Assembly (NCBI RefSeq): GCF_000025125.1
Contig: NC_013771.1
Span: 1,410,001-1,442,000 of the forward strand
Direction of reading: 5' to 3'
DNA: 32,000 nucleotides
Source of the DNA: Candidatus Atelocyanobacterium thalassa isolate ALOHA
GTDB lineage: Bacteria; Cyanobacteriota; Cyanobacteriia; Cyanobacteriales; Microcystaceae
Below, piece after piece: positions 27,735 through 32,000 of this stretch; the first letter of the stretch is position 1; each line of letters opens with the position of its first letter. Below the pieces are notes generated by a model. That model was not told the DNA's origin, did not search any database, and saw only the letters and a program-made list of their open reading frames with translations. Position numbers and translations under genes: made by a program.

Positions 27735-29312
27735 TCAAAGTTTAATTGTGTAAGCGTCTCTAATACCTGTCACTTTCATAATTTCTAACAATAAGCTATC
27801 AGGCAAAGGATCGTCTAGACTAACAGCCATTACTGCATCTCCTCGCACAATTTTACGTCCTACCTGCATGCTAGCAATATTAACGTTAAAACTACCTAAT
27901 AATGAACCAATTTTTCCAATGATTCCTGGCATATCACGATGAATAGTAAATAACATATGATTGCTAGGAGGAACATTAATAGGGAATAGATCCACATTAG
28001 TAATACGAATTTCGCCATCACTCAACAATGTTCCTGTAACTGAATGTTCTCCCAAAGAACCTTGTACAGATATATGTAAAGAAGCAGCATAATCACAAAT
28101 TGAAGCATCACGAGTTTCTATAATACGAATTCCTCTTTCTTTAGCTTCAATAGCAGCATTAACATAATTCACACGTTCTCTTAAAGCTTGCGAGAGAAGA
28201 CCTTTAATTGATGCGATAACAATAGGTTGACTTTGCATAGCAGCCAATTCTCCTTGCAAACGAACAGTTAATTTTTCAATCCTTCCTCCTGCTAATTGTC
28301 CAGCTAGATTACCTAATGTTTCAGCCAATTCTAAATAAGGACGTATCTTTTCCACTAAATCAGGAACAAGACCTGGAATATTAACTGCAGTTCTAGCTGA
28401 AAGGCCAAGCAAGACATCCCTAATCTGTTCAGCGACATCAACTGCAACATTAATCTGGGCTTCAGTAGTGGATGCCCCTAAGTGAGGAGTCAAGATAACA
28501 TTATCTAAGTTTTTAAGTTTCGAATTACTTAATGGTTCTTTCTCAAACACATCTAGAGCAGCTCCGGCAATTTTTTTGTTGATAATCGCTTCAGCCAAAG
28601 CATCTTCATCAATTATCCCTCCTCTTGCACAATTAATAATACGAGCAGTAGATTTCATTTTAGACAAAGCTTTTTTGTTTATAATATGAGCCGTTTCAGG
28701 AGTTTTTGGAATATGTAAAGTAATATAGTCAGATTCTGAAAAAAGTAGTTCGAGTTCAACTAAAACACATCCTAATTGATCAGCTCTTTCATTGGAAATA
28801 AAAGGATCATAGGCGAGTAATTTCATTCCCATGGACTTAGCAATGTTGGCTACGTGCGAACCTATCTTTCCAAGCCCAATGATTCCTAAGGTTTTTTTAT
28901 AGACTTCTGCACCAATAAAAGATTTACGATCCCATCTATGTTCTTTTATGGATTGATTTGCTTGAGGAATATGCCGTGACAAAGATAACATCATCGCTAA
29001 GGTATGCTCTGCAGCCGCTATGGTATTACCTTCTGGTGAATTTACTACTACAATGCCTTGACGAGTAGCAGAAGGAATATCGATATTGTCGACTCCTACC
29101 CCTGCTCTTCCAATTATTTTTAATTGACTGCCGGCAGTAATAACTTCTTTTGTAACATAAGTACCTGAGCGTATCATTAAAGCATTATATTCAGGAATAA
29201 TTTTAATTAGCTCATCCAATGGCAATCCTATCTTTATATCTACTTGGGCTACTTGAGAGAGAATATCAATGCCGATTGGATCAATAGGATCTGAAACAAG
29301 AACTTTTGTCAT
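27735..29312 (-). CDS. serA: D-3-phosphoglycerate dehydrogenase (long form with ACT domain)
   Basis: 525 aa. NAD motif GIIGLGKIGSHVA, catalytic region NCARGG and TPHLGAST, and a C-terminal ACT-like domain. GAGGAGG lies upstream of the ATG. Confidence 0.93.
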   Translation of the reverse strand: MTKVLVSDPIDPIGIDILSQVAQVDIKIGLPLDELIKIIPEYNALMIRSGTYVTKEVITAGSQLKIIGRAGVGVDNIDIPSATRQGIVVVNSPEGNTIAAAEHTLAMMLSLSRHIPQANQSIKEHRWDRKSFIGAEVYKKTLGIIGLGKIGSHVANIAKSMGMKLLAYDPFISNERADQLGCVLVELELLFSESDYITLHIPKTPETAHIINKKALSKMKSTARIINCARGGIIDEDALAEAIINKKIAGAALDVFEKEPLSNSKLKNLDNVILTPHLGASTTEAQINVAVDVAEQIRDVLLGLSARTAVNIPGLVPDLVEKIRPYLELAETLGNLAGQLAGGRIEKLTVRLQGELAAMQSQPIVIASIKGLLSQALRERVNYVNAAIEAKERGIRIIETRDASICDYAASLHISVQGSLGEHSVTGTLLSDGEIRITNVDLFPINVPPSNHMLFTIHRDMPGIIGKIGSLLGSFNVNIASMQVGRKIVRGDAVMAVSLDDPLPDSLLLEIMKVTGIRDAYTIKL

Positions 29313-29540
29313 AGGGATTCCTCCTCTTAGAGCTAATAGTATATTTGCTCAACTGTGTGATTTTAGTAAATTATTGTAACTGCTAACAAAATATTTATTG
29401 GCAAATCGCTTAAAGTTATTACTGTTTTATTCAAAATTTTCATTCATTCTAGTAAAGTTGTATAAGATAAAGTTTGTATGGTTCAACTATCGAAAATTTA
29501 AAAACTTCTACAAATTTTTTATAATTAATCTAAATATACA

Positions 29541-29645
29541 TTGTCGATATCACTACTAAATATGATATTACAAAAACTTTATTGTATAAAAATAAATACA
29601 AATTTTTTAAAATCTTAATAGTAAATTTTTTGTCGATATCATATC
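29541..29645. promoter_or_regulatory. two exact copies of TTGTCGATATCA, each embedded in local dyad symmetry, in the serA/exbB divergent spacer
   Basis: Copies at 29541-29552 and 29630-29641. The first forms ATATCA-N10-TGATAT (29547-29568). The second forms the 11-nt palindrome GATATCATATC (29635-29645). They lie 165-270 nt upstream of exbB. Confidence 0.35.
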
Positions 29646-29809
29646 TAGTGAAAAAATTAATATGCGTGATAGTATTTTATTCATTAATGTTTACTTTAAA
29701 AAATATATAATTGATTGATGAGTATAAGTAAATTATCAATAGGCTATTATTATAAATGTTAAATCCTTTCTCAATAGTTAATATAAATTATGGAGGTTAA
29801 ATTGAAATT

Positions 29810-30478
29810 ATGAATATCCCAGACATTATGGAGAAGGGTGGGATCGCCATGTGGCCTCTACTTCTTTTATCAATATTAGCTTTAAGTACAATTATTGAAC
29901 GTTCATTTTTTTGGATTCGATTTTTATCTAAAGAAAAGCAAATTACCAAAATTATCCTCAAAACTGCCTCCTACGACTGGGATGCAATTTTAAAAACTTC
30001 CCAAAACCACAGTAAACATCCTATCTGTAACTTTCTTTACACTCCTTTAAAGTTAAAAGATCCAGATCCTGAAGTTTTTCATTTAGCTTTAGAATCATCA
30101 GCAGACGATGAGTTGGCATTGATGAGGCAAGGAGATAAGCTTCTAGAAGGAGTTATTGCCTTATCTCCTTTATTGGGATTATTAGGCACTGTCTTAGGAT
30201 TAATTGGTTCCTTAGGAAATATTCAAATTAGTGACTTAGGCACTTCTTCTACAAGAGGTGTAACTCTTGGAATTGGTGAAGCACTGATTTCTACTGCTGC
30301 TGGGTTGATTATTGCTATTACTAGCCTAACTTTTTATCGAATTTTTCAATCACTTTGGTTTAATAAAGTTCGAGTTTTTATAAAAATAAGTAGTGAATTG
30401 GATTTAATTTACCAGCAACATTGGCTCAAAATTAATTCTAGTGATTCTAAAAATTTGAATGAGAATTACAATGAATAA
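29810..30478 (+). CDS. exbB: MotA/TolQ/ExbB proton-channel family protein
   Basis: 222 aa with three TM segments and the conserved block [17 protein letters not shown]...[17 protein letters not shown]. Confidence 0.8.
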   Translation: MNIPDIMEKGGIAMWPLLLLSILALSTIIERSFFWIRFLSKEKQITKIILKTASYDWDAILKTSQNHSKHPICNFLYTPLKLKDPDPEVFHLALESSADDELALMRQGDKLLEGVIALSPLLGLLGTVLGLIGSLGNIQISDLGTSSTRGVTLGIGEALISTAAGLIIAITSLTFYRIFQSLWFNKVRVFIKISSELDLIYQQHWLKINSSDSKNLNENYNE

Positions 30479-31010
30479 CAAAAACCGTCTAATTAAAAAA
30501 TACAATAGTCGAGTTAACTCTCATTCGTTAAAGTCAAAGTTATCTTCTTCTCAAGAACAAGAAGTTCGCATTGATATATTACCTATGATAGATGTGATCT
30601 TTTGCATTTTAACTTTTTTTATTTTGGGAATAGTTGGTCTTTCTCGACAACAATCTATCAATTTAGATTTACCTCAAGCTAGTTCAGCCAAACCCCAAGT
30701 ACAAAAAATGATGACAGTTAATTTAAACAGCTCTAATAAACTTTATATTGATACAAAACCAGTCACACATAATCAATTATTTAATTCTATTAAAAATTAT
30801 CGAGAATTAAACCCTGAAGGATTAGTAGTGCTACGTGCATCTAAAAAATCAAGCTATAATCAAGTTGTACAGGTTTTAGATATTCTAAAAGAAGTAGGAG
30901 AAGATAATGTTGCTTTAGCTACTTCTTTTAAAGAAAAAGAAATATTTATGAATAAAGATAAATCTTTACCTAATACTAATTTTTCTAACCCAATAAAAAA
31001 TGTAAGATAA
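30459..31010 (+). CDS. exbD: ExbD/TolR biopolymer transport protein
   Basis: 183 aa. Single TM helix preceded by [11 protein letters not shown], then a periplasmic domain. It overlaps the exbB stop. The start may instead be ATG 30471, an ATGAATAA overlap with the exbB stop. Confidence 0.75.
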   Translation: MRITMNNKNRLIKKYNSRVNSHSLKSKLSSSQEQEVRIDILPMIDVIFCILTFFILGIVGLSRQQSINLDLPQASSAKPQVQKMMTVNLNSSNKLYIDTKPVTHNQLFNSIKNYRELNPEGLVVLRASKKSSYNQVVQVLDILKEVGEDNVALATSFKEKEIFMNKDKSLPNTNFSNPIKNVR

Positions 31011-31309
31011 AATCTTTAACTATTGTTTCTTTAGACATCTTACTTAATATATTTGATATATTTGTATTTTTTTATAAAAGAAACATATCTAATGCTTTTA
31101 TTTATATTGAAGAGTATTGAATAAGAAGTAAATTCTATTCAGAAAAGCCTAAGTTATTCTTCGATCGCAATCTTTGGTAATAGTTCGTCCATAGTCAGCT
31201 TTATTAACATACATTATTGAGATATTGAAACTAAAATTATTAAGACTGAATGATTTTAGACTCTTAATTAAATTAGGAATGTAGTTTTCCCTTTGAATAA
31301 AAAACTTTT

Positions 31310-32000
31310 ATGCCCACTCGTCGTTCTTTCCTCAATATAATTGAACTTTTAGCCATAGGACAACTGGCATCAGGGTGTAAGAAATCAGATGCTGATTTAA
31401 AAATTTCTCTATTAAAAGGTTCAGTTCCTCCTCAATCATTAAAGCTTTTTAACCAGTATTTTTCATCTAATACATCTTTTGATTTTCACTCTAGAGCACA
31501 ATTGATAGAGTTATTTAATTTATTAGAGTACTGGAAAAGCCAACAAAAAAAATATACTAATGATAGCTGGCCTAGGGTTTCTATGCTACCTTCACAAAAG
31601 AGTGATATTAGCGATTTAGTCACGTTAGGTGATTCTTGGTTAACTCAAGCTATCCAAAAAGACTTAATTCAACCTATAACTATTTCTAGTTGGCATAATT
31701 GGCATAAATTACCATCCTATTGGCAAAATTTAGTAATAAGAGATCAAAATGGAATTCCTAATAAGAATGGGTTTGTCTGGGGAGCACCTTATCGATGGGG
31801 AACAACTTTAATAGCTTATAGAGCAGATAAGTTAGATGGAGAAATTAAAGATTGGTCAGATTTATGGGATCCAAAGCTTGAAAATCGTATTTCTTTAGTC
31901 GATCAACCTCGAGAAGTGATTGGTTTGACCTTAAAAAAATTAAATAAATCTTATAATACTAAAAATTTAAAAAATATTCCTCAACTTAGATCAGAATTAC
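31310..32000 (+). CDS. PotD-like (spermidine/putrescine-type) periplasmic substrate-binding protein, partial; the 3' end runs off the window
   Basis: Not in the ORF track. Translation from ATG 31310: MPTRRSFLNIIELLAIGQLASGCKK..., which has a Tat-like TRRSFL and a lipobox LASGC. It continues VTLGDSWLTQAIQKDLIQPI and FVWGAPYRWGTTLIAYRADKL, typical of the PotD/PotF family. Confidence 0.65.
   Translation, partial: MPTRRSFLNIIELLAIGQLASGCKKSDADLKISLLKGSVPPQSLKLFNQYFSSNTSFDFHSRAQLIELFNLLEYWKSQQKKYTNDSWPRVSMLPSQKSDISDLVTLGDSWLTQAIQKDLIQPITISSWHNWHKLPSYWQNLVIRDQNGIPNKNGFVWGAPYRWGTTLIAYRADKLDGEIKDWSDLWDPKLENRISLVDQPREVIGLTLKKLNKSYNTKNLKNIPQLRSEL

Overview
Strongly AT-rich chromosomal segment from a cyanobacterium. 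Diagnostic genes are plant-type ferredoxin petF, cytochrome b6f petG, a PucC/BCD-family MFS protein, a COP23-like protein, a DUF3110 protein and one HIP1 octamer. The proteins resemble the unicellular diazotroph clade (Cyanothece/Crocosphaera). The AT bias, long featureless AT spacers, near absence of HIP1 and two broken housekeeping genes suggest a reduced-genome symbiont such as UCYN-A or a diatom spheroid body. That lineage assignment is inference and needs a database search. I count about 28 protein-coding loci covering roughly five-sixths of the window, and all are housekeeping. They cover phylloquinone (menE), electron transfer (petF, petG), translation (rpmF, prmA), chaperone (dnaK), amino-acid synthesis (dapB, serA), corrin synthesis (cobK, cobB), envelope functions (GT39-type glycosyltransferase, murQ, M50 protease, HlyD adaptor, exbB/exbD) and transport (CNNM/CBS protein, PotD-like binding protein). 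Three real small genes are missing from the supplied ORF track: petG, rpmF and a 46-aa membrane peptide. Two edge-truncated genes are also missing from it. I found no rRNA, tRNA, CRISPR array, transposase, integrase, phage gene or recognisable defence or toxin module. I therefore cannot support a claim of a novel multi-gene system here. The observations worth following up are smaller in scale:
- Single-nucleotide frameshifts in short sense-strand A runs split menE and prmA, which otherwise look intact.
- A DinG/Rad3-like protein lacks readable ATPase motifs.
- Perfect or near-perfect 44-46 nt palindromes follow petG and rpmF.
- A family of related direct and inverted repeats, plus a GC-enriched structured leader, lies in the DUF3110/COP23 divergent intergenic region.
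- Exact 11-12 nt repeated motifs sit upstream of exbBD and rpmF.
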